DNA of 64,000 nt, from the NCBI GenBank assembly GCA_022340305.1, contig JAJDOF010000054.1, positions 12,816-76,815 on the forward strand, in the 5' to 3' direction. Shown piece after piece: positions 26,288-35,441 of this stretch. Position 1 is the stretch's first letter, and every line of letters begins with the position of its first letter. The position numbers were made by a program, and so were the translations under genes. The notes under the pieces were generated by a model. It saw only the letters and a list, made by a program, of their open reading frames with translations. It did no database searches and was not told the DNA's origin. The DNA comes from Gammaproteobacteria bacterium. GTDB taxonomy: Bacteria; Pseudomonadota; Gammaproteobacteria; GCA-001735895.

Positions 26288-27049
26288 ATGCATTCTAACG
26301 TCAGATCCTATTTACTTTGCCTCTGCCTGGCCTTTTTTGCGCAAACCGGTCTTGCGTCCCACGGAGCTGGATCAGACGTGGGAATCCAGGAGATTAAGCC
26401 TGGCCAGGGTATCGAGGCTTTACCTTATTCGGTAGTCGATGTTCACTACACCGGCAAGCTCGAAGAAGGGATGGTTTTCGATTCGAGTGTGGAGCGTGGT
26501 AAACCCTTTCAGTTTACCCTGGGTTCTGGCCAGGTGATTCCAGGCTGGGATATTGGCATTCGAGGCATGAAGACGGGCGGCAAACGGATATTGACGATTC
26601 CCCCGGCGCTTGCTTATGGTGCAAAGGGTGCAGGAGGTGTCATTCCACCGAACGCTACCCTGATATTCGATGTCGAGCTGATCGCGGTTACGCCACCACC
26701 ATTCGATAGTATTAGCAATTCACAGCTGGCGACGAAAATTGAAAAAGGCATAAAACTGATCGATATCCGCCGTCCCGACGAATGGGAACAGACAGGTGTC
26801 GTCGATGGCAGTATCAAGTCAACCGCATTCGACGATCAGGGGCGGTTTCTGACGTCATTTGCCGAAATGCTTGAAAAAACTGTACGGCCGGACGAGGAAT
26901 TTGCGTTGATTTGTCGAACGGGTAGTCGCACCGCAACATTGTCCAATTGGTTAGCGACGAAAGGGGGATACAAGAATGTCGTGAACGTCCAGGATGGTAT
27001 CACCTCCTGGATAGCGGAAGGGCGTTCAGTCAGCAAACCTGGCTCTTGA
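26288..27049 (+). CDS. secreted FKBP-type peptidyl-prolyl isomerase fused to a rhodanese domain
   Basis: GGAG Shine-Dalgarno and a signal peptide. FKBP motifs VHYTGKL..G.VFDSS, FTLGSGQVIPGWD and LIFDVELI. Rhodanese IDIRRPDEW with active-site loop CRTGSR. Confidence 0.85.
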   Translation: MHSNVRSYLLCLCLAFFAQTGLASHGAGSDVGIQEIKPGQGIEALPYSVVDVHYTGKLEEGMVFDSSVERGKPFQFTLGSGQVIPGWDIGIRGMKTGGKRILTIPPALAYGAKGAGGVIPPNATLIFDVELIAVTPPPFDSISNSQLATKIEKGIKLIDIRRPDEWEQTGVVDGSIKSTAFDDQGRFLTSFAEMLEKTVRPDEEFALICRTGSRTATLSNWLATKGGYKNVVNVQDGITSWIAEGRSVSKPGS

Positions 27050-27117
27050 TCCCTGTTTTGTTTTTGTGATAGCAGTGAACTAAATGATTGGATTGCATTT
27101 CGGCGCGAGGAAATACA

Positions 27118-27135
27118 CCCCGGGAGAAGCCGGGG
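27118..27135 (-). terminator. GC hairpin immediately after the TPR gene stop
   Basis: CCCCGG-GAGAAG-CCGGGG. On the minus strand it is followed by TGTATTTCC. The U-tract is weak. Confidence 0.35.
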
Positions 27136-27143
27136 GGGCGAAG

Positions 27144-27719
27144 CTAGGGAAGATTTGCAAGCATTTTTGTAGCGGATTTTCCTATCTCGTTCTCGGCGTT
27201 TATGCTCGCAGCGGTGGTCAATGCAGCACGAGCTTGCCCGGTGGCGCCTAATTGACTATTCACGAATCCCAGGGTTAGCCAAATTCGTTGATTCGTCGGA
27301 TCAATGGCCACTCCCTCGTTGAGCCTGCGAAGGGCGTCGCTTGATCTGCCAATATAATGCAGTGTGATGCCCAGATTGTTATAGGTTTCTGCGTTATTCG
27401 GGCTCATCAATAACAGTTGCTCATACAATTGAGCCGCCTCCTCATACTGTTTTCCGGAGAAAAACTCATCGGCCTGACGGGATATTTCAGCAGGGCTTTC
27501 AATCGTTGACTGACTGAATGTCGACGAATTTAACTGTGCCGGGTTTGTTTCCGTGTAGCCGTCTGGCCACACGAACGAGGGTTGACGCATTTCAGTCGTG
27601 TCGTTGCTGAAGTTTCCGGAATCCTGGATGTAGTATTGGCGCGTGATGGTGAAAATCGTTAGTCCGAAAGCGATTTGAAACACCGTCATGGGAATCCAGA
27701 ATTTGAGATTTCGAGCCAT
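27144..27719 (-). CDS. TPR-repeat protein with N-terminal TM helix
   Basis: TM helix WIPMTVFQIAFGLTIFTI. TPR-like repeats AAQLYEQLLLMSPNNAETYNNLGITLHYIGRSSDALRRLNEGVAIDP. Confidence 0.8.
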   Translation of the reverse strand: MARNLKFWIPMTVFQIAFGLTIFTITRQYYIQDSGNFSNDTTEMRQPSFVWPDGYTETNPAQLNSSTFSQSTIESPAEISRQADEFFSGKQYEEAAQLYEQLLLMSPNNAETYNNLGITLHYIGRSSDALRRLNEGVAIDPTNQRIWLTLGFVNSQLGATGQARAALTTAASINAENEIGKSATKMLANLP

Positions 27720-28181
27720 TTAAATTGCCTGCTGCCGTGAGTTAGATTAGAGAAGGTGCGCCAATAGCAAGCTAATAATACGCAGATCAAATAATAAAAG
27801 TATAAACGCTAAGTTAGTCCCATACTAACGCTGTTAATGCGAAGTTCCTCACACCTGTCGGCAGCCGCGATTGCCTGATAACCCCAAAGCCGGGGAATAA
27901 TTTTGCAGGCCCACGGGGAGCGGTTTTTGTCGCTGCGCCATCGACTTTGGGTGTCACTAATCTCTAACTCGGTGCAGAAATTCGCGTCACAGGCTGCTCG
28001 AAACGGCCAGTAACGGGCACCCGGCAACAGTGATAAATAGATATATCTACAGTTACCCGGTCCGCCCGTATACCGATACAGCTACTACGTCTCATAACGA
28101 AACATTTAGCCCGTTTGGGCGATGTGCGGATAAACACGGGTAGTTACCCTTCAATCATGGGTCACTTGACCTGCCAGGAGA

Positions 28182-28415
28182 ATGGGTATGGACAATATAG
28201 AACTTGATTGGGATGAATTGGACCGGTTGGATACGGCCGATTACAGCATGGCTACCGAGATCTTCGAGCAGCACGAGTACAGGTTTGGCGAGAGTCAGGC
28301 AAGGCCACATAGACAAAAGCCGCTCGACGAACTTGTTCGTGAACATATCGAAGGCAATCGAAAGTCGAGGTCGAAACTGCAAGCGATGTTCAACAAGTTC
28401 GTCTATAGAAAGTAA
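28182..28415 (+). CDS. hypothetical small protein (77 aa)
   Basis: CAGGAGA Shine-Dalgarno directly upstream. Charged, soluble-looking sequence. No family recognised. Confidence 0.5.
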   Translation: MGMDNIELDWDELDRLDTADYSMATEIFEQHEYRFGESQARPHRQKPLDELVREHIEGNRKSRSKLQAMFNKFVYRK

Positions 28416-28485
28416 TTCCGAACATCTGGCACAGCGCCGTATTACATTGATAGTTAACTTAAGTTAGCTGTCAACATAATCCCGG

Positions 28486-28554
28486 GTCATCCTCGCGCAA
28501 GCGGGGATCTCGCGGTAGCGGCGAGTTACAGGATTCCCGTTTCCCGGGAATGAC
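28486..28554. repeat. BIME-like pair of inverted REP-type hairpins
   Basis: GTCATCCTCGCGCAAGCGGGGATC (28486-28509) and the inverted GATTCCCGTTTCCCGGGAATGAC (28532-28554). Confidence 0.7.
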
Positions 28555-28735
28555 GACCGGTTTGTTATCAGCAGTGTCGTTTTTGGTTGTGTTAAAACGG
28601 GGCCGAAGTGCGTAACCTGGGCTGCTGATTTCGATCGTAACCGCGGTGCCGATATTGATTAAATACTTGCGCTCCCATTTGCGCGCTCTTGTATAATTTG
28701 AATGCTGCTAAACATTTCACTGGAATCTTATTCTA

Positions 28736-29281
28736 ATGAGAACAATCATATTATTCATAATCGCCGGGAGCTTTTTCTTCAGCAATGTTTGGGCTGATCA
28801 TGAGCCTGATCATCGCTATAACATCCGCGGTTATGTGCTCGATGCTAACGAGGACGGTATCGGTAATTTAACGGTTCAAGCTTTCTCGGACGGACAGTTG
28901 CTCGGCACCAGCAAGACTGTCGCTGACGGGTTTTACTCGATGCATTTACACTTGCACAATGCCGATTATCACCGAATCCTCAAACTCCGGGCAGGTCCAC
29001 ACGAAGCAGAGCTGCGAGTCACATTCGATCTCGATGACAACACCTCTGCACGAGTACACGACGCTAATTTTGTCGGCGGTAAATATATCGAGGGGAATCT
29101 CGCTCGCTTCCGAATTCCAGCCTGGAGCTATGCTGCCGGGGGTCTGATATTGTTCATGATGATTCTGGTTTACCTGGAGCGACGTCGCAAAAAGAAAATC
29201 AGGTTGGCGAAGTACGGACCAAGCAAAGCGCATCCCGAGTCAAAACACCGGGCAAAAAAGGCGCGTCGCAAAAAACATTAA
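28736..29281 (+). CDS. hypothetical protein: signal peptide, beta-rich domain, C-terminal TM anchor and poly-basic tail
   Basis: MRTIILFIIAGSFFFSNVWA. IRGYVLDANEDGIGNLTVQAF resembles a carboxypeptidase-regulatory-like fold. TM helix GGLILFMMILVYL, then RRRKKKIR..KKARRKKH. Confidence 0.65.
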   Translation: MRTIILFIIAGSFFFSNVWADHEPDHRYNIRGYVLDANEDGIGNLTVQAFSDGQLLGTSKTVADGFYSMHLHLHNADYHRILKLRAGPHEAELRVTFDLDDNTSARVHDANFVGGKYIEGNLARFRIPAWSYAAGGLILFMMILVYLERRRKKKIRLAKYGPSKAHPESKHRAKKARRKKH

Positions 29282-29468
29282 CTTTTTAGCATGATAAGCG
29301 GATTGTCGGTTGGGACTGGAAATAGGGAGATTCAGGCGATTTCAATGTTCTCTGTCGCTAGTTCCACATCCGCAAAGAATTAATACCCGTCTTTTATACC
29401 AATTTCATCAACCTGATACTAAAAAGACACCGAAATTACTTTTTGATACTCGACTATCCACATAAAAT

Positions 29469-29888
29469 ATGCGAGTGCGCTGTCACTTACTCACCATAAA
29501 CCTGTTTTACTCACTGCTTTGCTTCGGACTGCTCGGCTGGAGCGGCGTTGCCCCGGGCCAGGTGTATAAATCCTACGATACCGACGGTAACGTTGTTTTC
29601 AGCGATAAACCGACACAGGGCAGCAGGGAAGTTGAAATAAGCAAACCGAATTTGAGCGATTCATTCGAAATACCGCCATCGGCACCAGCCGAATCAACGC
29701 CCGAGACAGAGCCTGAGACAAAGCCTGAGGCAGGGACCGAACCCGAACCGGTAACGCAGCCAATTGCAGATGGCGATTCCGCTGATACTAATAATGATGG
29801 CAGGGTAAGCCGGCGCGAAAAAGAGGAGCAGCGCAAAGAACGGCGCAGGAAAAAGCGCGAAGAGGCGAAAGCCGCCGAGGAGTACTAA
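29469..29888 (+). CDS. DUF4124-like secreted protein with acidic/Pro-rich and basic tail
   Basis: VYKSYDTDGNVVFSDKP matches the DUF4124 signature. DTNNDGRVSRRE is an EF-hand-like loop. Confidence 0.6.
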   Translation: MRVRCHLLTINLFYSLLCFGLLGWSGVAPGQVYKSYDTDGNVVFSDKPTQGSREVEISKPNLSDSFEIPPSAPAESTPETEPETKPEAGTEPEPVTQPIADGDSADTNNDGRVSRREKEEQRKERRRKKREEAKAAEEY

Positions 29889-30064
29889 GGAGTAATGTTA
29901 ACAGTGACGTTTCGTGCCCCGGTGACTTTCCCGGGTTGTTCCTCGTTCCTGGTTATCTGGTTTTTAGGAACGATTAAACCCGAAGGACACGCTGAGTGAC
30001 TCGCCTGCCGTGCAAGCTGCGAACAAGAGATGCTCCGGTTACCGCGGAAACTCGTGGGCTGTAA

Positions 30065-30640
30065 TTAACTGCTGGCCGACCGGAAGTAGAAGTCGAGCAT
30101 TGCTGTCAGCGGCGCTGCATCTCCTTGCAGACGACTGCGTAAAGCAGCGCCCTCCCAACAATCAACCAGCAAGCTTGCCATGCTGCGAGGATCCGAGTCC
30201 GCGGGTATGTCGCCAATTTTACGGGCATCTTCCAGGCAAGCTGCAATGCGATCGGCGATTTCGGCAAAGCACCATTCGACCTTGCGCCGAAAAACCTCGC
30301 TCACACCCGACAGTTCTTGTCCGAGTCCACCGAGCAGGCAGCCCATGTAACCCTCGTCGTGGTAACTTTGTCGAGTTAACTCGAAGAAATAGCTCACCCG
30401 CTCCAGCGGGGGGCGGTTCTTGTCCCCAAGGCAAAGGTCGAGCCCCGCATGCACCTGTTGCATGTACTGGTCGACAACCTCTAGCGCAAAGTTCTCCTTG
30501 TCCTTGAAGTGATGATAAAACGAACCCTTCGGTGTGGATGTGGCCGATAGCAGCGCCTGGATCCCGAGATCGTTGTAGCCGTGCCGCAAGAGCATGGCCA
30601 ATCCCGCATCGAGCAGGCGCTGCTTGGTCGGATGCGTCAT
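30065..30640 (-). CDS. TetR-family transcriptional regulator
   Basis: The N-terminal HTH GYNDLGIQALLSATSTPKGSFYHHFKDKE is typical TetR_N. Confidence 0.9.
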   Translation of the reverse strand: MTHPTKQRLLDAGLAMLLRHGYNDLGIQALLSATSTPKGSFYHHFKDKENFALEVVDQYMQQVHAGLDLCLGDKNRPPLERVSYFFELTRQSYHDEGYMGCLLGGLGQELSGVSEVFRRKVEWCFAEIADRIAACLEDARKIGDIPADSDPRSMASLLVDCWEGAALRSRLQGDAAPLTAMLDFYFRSASS

Positions 30641-30763
30641 CTGCAGTGTAGATGATCAGGTAGTGATCGAATGAGGTGAACCGGGCACAGCCACCTTGCC
30701 CGCAGGTCGGGAAGGCACTGTGTCAAACTCCAGTGTCGTAGCTCCCGGTGTCGCGGGACCCTG

Positions 30764-31150
30764 CTAGCCACTGACCTTCTCGATCATGTGGTCGATGACA
30801 TGGCTATGCTCCCGCTGTGGGCTGAACATAACGATCTCCGCATCAGCATCAACCTTGACGTTATGCCCGGGCGGCCAGTAAAAAAGGTCGTTGGCATTGA
30901 CCGTCTCCTTGAGACCCTTCGCATCAGTCGTAGTAATCTGACCGCGCAAGACAAACCCCCAGTGAGGGCATTGGCAGAGATCCCCCTCCAGGCCCTGGAA
31001 TAAGGGAGTGGTATCGACGCCCGCCGAAAGCGTGAAACACTCGCCACTAATCTTGTCGTATCCGCTTACATCGCCAAATTCCATTTGTTGGCGGATTACG
31101 GCACCTGGAATCTCCATTCTCACATTCACGTTATCTTTCGCTACTCGCAT
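30764..31150 (-). CDS. cupin-domain protein
   Basis: 128 aa of small beta-barrel-type sequence (CPHWGFVLRGQITT..FYWPPGHNV). GGAGAAAAA Shine-Dalgarno. Lies upstream of the TetR gene on the same strand. Confidence 0.7.
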   Translation of the reverse strand: MRVAKDNVNVRMEIPGAVIRQQMEFGDVSGYDKISGECFTLSAGVDTTPLFQGLEGDLCQCPHWGFVLRGQITTTDAKGLKETVNANDLFYWPPGHNVKVDADAEIVMFSPQREHSHVIDHMIEKVSG

Positions 31151-31184
31151 TATTTTTTCTCCACGTTGACTCGATCAAGTAAAA

Positions 31185-31200
31185 TAGACCGACTGGTCTA
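31185..31200. promoter_or_regulatory. operator-like palindrome TAGACC-N4-GGTCTA upstream of the cupin-TetR unit
   Basis: 6-bp perfect arms, 35 nt upstream of the cupin start. The size and position suit a TetR operator. Confidence 0.35.
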
Positions 31201-31757
31201 ATCGGTGAGAATACACCCTTTGTAGCCTAAATCAACGGGTATAATCGCCGGATGGCTTTTTTAATCCTGCTCGCTGGCCTGTACGGACCTTGCTGTAGCC
31301 GCTGGTTTAGCGGGTCCCTGGCCTTTTTGGTCGTTTCAATCGTCCACTTGTCGATATCCCGTTTATGTCGGGCCGGGTCCGTCGTTCGCGCTCGGCGAAA
31401 CAGGGATGGATGCCGATACTGATGTCGTAGCGCAGCATGTCGCGGCCCGCGTCCGCATCGTGAGCCCACACCGATGGCATGATCCGGTAGTCGACAAGTT
31501 GTTCCATGGAATACGACAGGAAAGCATCGGCTGCTGGGTGTCACCTGATTTTCGTTACCATAAAGTTTCTACGGTGCTATTAAAGAATAAAGCAAAACAT
31601 AGTGGCAGTATTACCGGTGGATCGACTGTTGGTCCGCTGATTAGTAGAAGATGTATGGCATATAAAAATAACGACAAATGTTACCAGGCGATCCCCATGG
31701 TCGCGGTCGCTGTGCGCATATCCCGGCAACCGATGTACGCGGCACGGTGGAGTGCTC

Positions 31758-32777
31758 ATGATCGCCAGGCGTAACTTTATCGCCCTGGGGGCCGGACTTA
31801 CGGCAAGCCTCGTCGCCGCCGGTTACTCGCGCCTGTGCCTGACGCCTGTGGTCGAAAATGTTGTGCTCGTCGAACAGGGCTTGCCAGTAAGCCAGTCGCA
31901 GGCACTGCCCCAGGCACTGCCCCAGGCGCCGCCCCAGACACCGCCCCAGACACCGCCCCAGACACCGCCCCAGACACCGCCCCAGACACCGCCCCAGACA
32001 CCGGCCCAGTCACCGCGAGAAAATTATGCGCGACCGCCCGGAGATCATCACCCCGACAGTATGATCCTCGATCAGATTGCCGGCGAGCCGAGCCAATTTG
32101 AGCCGCCCGCCGATGTCGTCCTGAGCCCGGTGCAGCGCAGCGCTTTCAATAGCGCACTCGCCCGGTTACGGCGCCTGCAGAATTACGTTGGCTACGGAAA
32201 TTTTAATATCATCGGCTGGGATGAGTCGCTCAAGCTTGCACAGGAGCGTGATGCGGTCGGCGCTTTCGCCCAAAACGAGCTGGACCTGATCGAGCAGCTA
32301 TTTTTTACTAATGCCGAAACGCTCGGTTTTTACGGTGACAAGGTCGTAAGCAGTTTGTCGGCGACTATCGTCCGGCGCGATATCGAAAAAATTCCGGGCA
32401 GCGGACATTTCCTGTTCAAGGGCGACTCGATCGCGACCTACAAACGGATTCGCCAGGACCTGGGCGACCTGGTGATACTGACTTCCGGTATTCGCAGCGT
32501 GGTTAAGCAAATTTACCTGTTCATGGACAAGGCCGAGCAGGTCGATGGCAACCTGTCGCTCGCGTCCTACTCGCTGGCGCCACCCGGCCATTCTTATCAC
32601 GCGGTGGGTGATTTTGACGTCGGCAAGAAGGGGTTCGGCAGGAGGAACTTCAGTGAAGCTTTCGCACATACGGATGAGTTCAAACGTCTGATCGACCTGG
32701 GCTACCTGAACATCCGCTATCCCGAGCAGAACCCGTTCGGCGTGCGCTACGAGCCCTGGCACATCAAGGTCGTTTAA
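31758..32777 (+). CDS. Tat-exported peptidase M15 (VanY/D-Ala-D-Ala carboxypeptidase-like) with (PQTP)n linker
   Basis: GGTGGAG Shine-Dalgarno before the ATG at 31758. RRNFIALGAG is a Tat motif. M15 motifs SGIRS, SYHAVGDFDV and YEPWHI. Confidence 0.8.
   Translation: MIARRNFIALGAGLTASLVAAGYSRLCLTPVVENVVLVEQGLPVSQSQALPQALPQAPPQTPPQTPPQTPPQTPPQTPPQTPAQSPRENYARPPGDHHPDSMILDQIAGEPSQFEPPADVVLSPVQRSAFNSALARLRRLQNYVGYGNFNIIGWDESLKLAQERDAVGAFAQNELDLIEQLFFTNAETLGFYGDKVVSSLSATIVRRDIEKIPGSGHFLFKGDSIATYKRIRQDLGDLVILTSGIRSVVKQIYLFMDKAEQVDGNLSLASYSLAPPGHSYHAVGDFDVGKKGFGRRNFSEAFAHTDEFKRLIDLGYLNIRYPEQNPFGVRYEPWHIKVV
31899..32018 (+). repeat. 12-bp coding tandem repeat, about 10 units (5 identical CAGACACCGCCC units at 31935-31994)
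   Basis: Read directly: CAGGCACTGCCC x2, CAGGCGCCGCCC, CAGACACCGCCC x5, CAGACACCGGCC, CAGTCACCGCGA. It encodes QALPQALPQAPP(QTPP)5QTPAQSP. Confidence 0.95.
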
Positions 32778-32876
32778 TTTTTCAACCACGGGATTAAATG
32801 GTTTAGCGTCCGCCTCCCTCGCCTCGCTTGCAACCCCGGCTGGATCCCGGTTACAGGCCGGAATAATGTGGCGAGA

Positions 32877-33815
32877 CTACAGGAAGAGGGTATTGCCGAC
32901 CTCGACAGAAACATTGCGGATACCAAAAAACTTGAGGTCGTCGGCGCCAGAGTCGAGATCATCCAGGTTCGCATTGCAGGTAATCGCGATGGTGTAATCG
33001 CCTTCGGGCAGATAAGCGGCTTCGTACTTGTATTTAAGCGTCCTCGCGTCAAACTTGATGACCGTGGTGGTGATTGGTTCGACATCCGTTGTCGAGCTCT
33101 GATTAATATCATCGGGGATAACATCGTGGCCCTCGTAGACGTAGACCGCGTTGAAGGTATCGACATCGCTGTCCGAACAGGCCGGGGTCGAGAACAGACG
33201 ATCGATAGTCACGATGCCGAGTAAATGACCGGCATTTGCGTCGTCGACCAGGCGCAGCGCGGGCCTGAAATTGTATTTCCCTGAATTGCCTGAACGCTTG
33301 ATCGACTTTCTCAGGTCAAAATCGACCACCACCGTTGTCGGCCGGGCTTTCAGAATCATGAAGTCACCCTTTACCGTAAGTCCCGATGAGCGACCGCTCG
33401 GCACATCCAGTTCGACAAAAGTGCCGTCATGGAGCCTGATGTTGCTGGACATCGGTGCATCGTCGACCAGCAGGCGAATTTCATCGTAATGACCAACTCC
33501 CAGCGGGATATCGACCAGCAAATCGGCAGTTAACAATCCCTGCAGCTTCAGCAGGTCGATCGTTTTCGGGCTGTCGAAGGGGAAATTGATCCAGGTACCG
33601 TCGTCCCTGCGCACCCTGGCTTCGATGAAGCGCATTTCCACGGCGGCCACGTCATCGACCGGCGCATCGGTCAGGCGCAAGGTAAAACTGGATTTGGTGG
33701 CGCCGGGACTGGAAGTGTTGCCGTTTGCATCGCTGCCCGATCCGGAACCGCCACCACAGGCTGCGAGCAGGGCGCAGAGCGCAAGGGCGCTGAACTGGTT
33801 CAATGCTCGGTTCAT
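32877..33815 (-). CDS. DUF4382-like lipoprotein
   Basis: Lipobox LLAACGG followed by a Gly/Ser linker. FTLRLTDAPVDDV..IEARV matches the DUF4382 pattern. Confidence 0.7.
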   Translation of the reverse strand: MNRALNQFSALALCALLAACGGGSGSGSDANGNTSSPGATKSSFTLRLTDAPVDDVAAVEMRFIEARVRRDDGTWINFPFDSPKTIDLLKLQGLLTADLLVDIPLGVGHYDEIRLLVDDAPMSSNIRLHDGTFVELDVPSGRSSGLTVKGDFMILKARPTTVVVDFDLRKSIKRSGNSGKYNFRPALRLVDDANAGHLLGIVTIDRLFSTPACSDSDVDTFNAVYVYEGHDVIPDDINQSSTTDVEPITTTVIKFDARTLKYKYEAAYLPEGDYTIAITCNANLDDLDSGADDLKFFGIRNVSVEVGNTLFL

Positions 33816-33921
33816 ATGAGCTTTCCTAATCGTCTAAAATCAACAAGTTGACGTCAAAATAGTGAAAATTCCACGGTTTGAAGTTTTCACTGAACGCTGA
33901 ATATAGACATTTCAATGCGCG

Positions 33922-33962
33922 CAAGGGGTGATCTGGTTCAAATTCAGGCGCCAAGGGGTGAT
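33922..33962 (+). promoter_or_regulatory. direct repeat CAAGGGGTGAT x2 (30-bp period) upstream of the lipoprotein gene
   Basis: GCGCGCAAGGGGTGATC and GGCGCCAAGGGGTGATT lie 107-147 nt upstream of the start at 33815. Confidence 0.25.
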
Positions 33963-34154
33963 TAACGGTCGTAATTTGCTGACAAAAGCGGCTAAAACAG
34001 CGAATTGGGTCATCTCGGCGCAAAATTTCGGGGTTTCAGGACATTTGCTCGCCATTCCGTGGACAGTAACCAATTTGAACGCCACAGACATAAGGGTCGG
34101 CCAAATGAGCTGAATGCTCATCTCGACGATCGCAGTTCCGGCAGCAATTGCTGG

Positions 34155-35441
34155 TTAACTGGACAAGGAGGAAAAGTTAAACGCCGCTACCTTGAGGGGC
34201 GGCATGACCATCGCAGAGAATTCCCCGGTGGCGACCGCGATACCACTGGCAATCACGTTTTTGAGTATGCGCAACACCGAATCGTTCCAGCGCATATCGA
34301 CAACGGGATGCGTCACGATCCCGTTCTCTATGCGGTAGGTACCATCGCGTGTCATGCCGGTGAAGCCCAGGGTTTTGGGATCCGTAGGACGAATGTACCA
34401 GAAGCGGGTTACCAGGATACCGTCATCGGTGCTCTCGATGAGTTTCTGCAGGTTGTTGCCATCACCACTGAGTATCAGGTTGGCGGGTGAGGGTTTGGCC
34501 TCAAGTGCCTGTCGCTCGGCCCAGTAGCGGCTGGTTACCAGTTGTTGGCGGTGGCCATGATCGAGCCAGATCGATTTACCCAGCTGCTGGCCGTCGCTGC
34601 TGAAGGACAGTGTAGGAAAGAGGTCGTTGGCGGGATCGGAGTATAAAGAGAGATTACCGAGCGCTTCGTCGTGGTTTGAAAAAGCCGAGCGGCCCTCATC
34701 CGCCGCGCGTTGGTCGAAGCCATACCAAAACGCGATCGATAACAAGTCTCCGACGGCCTGGGGTTCGAGGATAACGGTGGTAGGCCGCGGTTGAAATACA
34801 ACCGGATTCTGCGCCTTGCTGCATTTTTCGATCGCGCGCCGTGTCGCCCTGAGCACGTCGCGCTCGCGCAGGCTCACACCCTTGTGCTCGGCCCAGCCGC
34901 TGCCGTGACTGTCGCTCGCGGTGACGTGGTAGTCACAGTTGTGGGAACGCTCGTAGGCAAATCCACCAGCACTGTCGCCGTAGGCAGTAAACATTTTCTG
35001 GATGGATAACAATCCTGCCAGGTCGATATTGGCGGATCCTCCTGCGCGGCAGGCTGCGGCTACCCAGCTGCCGACGGTATCGATATCAATCTGCTCCGCA
35101 CTGGCGCTGAAGGCGTGTTCAGGGGTCTCGATCAGATTACCCGGGGCGGGCATCAATTCCTTGTCGTCAGGCATGTGCGCGCAGTTGGCGAACACCTGCT
35201 CGATGCTGCGTTTGATCAGGTCCTTATCGTCGAGGCGATTGATGCTGAGCGACGTCTTCTTTTGCCCGAGGCGTGCGCTGAGGGTCAATGTGTGCTGCAA
35301 CTTCAGTGCGTTTTGTGAGATTGCGCAGTCGTTGAAGCGCGTCCCCAGTCGATCGACGCCATTCAGCGTCACCTGCAGTTCGCCGGCCCGTGACGTCTGC
35401 AGGATTCCAGCAATCAGGTCTTCGCATTGTTGCCGGTTCAC
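34155..35441 (-). CDS. PmbA/TldE-like metalloprotease-family subunit
   Basis: A GTG start at 35439-35441 overlaps the upstream TGA stop (GTGA). The N-terminal 140 aa of track ORF 34155..35861 overlap the TldD gene and are rejected. The sequence has TldD/PmbA-family character throughout. Confidence 0.75.
   Translation of the reverse strand: MNRQQCEDLIAGILQTSRAGELQVTLNGVDRLGTRFNDCAISQNALKLQHTLTLSARLGQKKTSLSINRLDDKDLIKRSIEQVFANCAHMPDDKELMPAPGNLIETPEHAFSASAEQIDIDTVGSWVAAACRAGGSANIDLAGLLSIQKMFTAYGDSAGGFAYERSHNCDYHVTASDSHGSGWAEHKGVSLRERDVLRATRRAIEKCSKAQNPVVFQPRPTTVILEPQAVGDLLSIAFWYGFDQRAADEGRSAFSNHDEALGNLSLYSDPANDLFPTLSFSSDGQQLGKSIWLDHGHRQQLVTSRYWAERQALEAKPSPANLILSGDGNNLQKLIESTDDGILVTRFWYIRPTDPKTLGFTGMTRDGTYRIENGIVTHPVVDMRWNDSVLRILKNVIASGIAVATGEFSAMVMPPLKVAAFNFSSLSS

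Noticed and set aside
31899-32018. Regular short repeats that might suggest a CRISPR array
   Set aside because: The units are contiguous 12-mers with no spacers, and they lie in frame inside a well-supported CDS.
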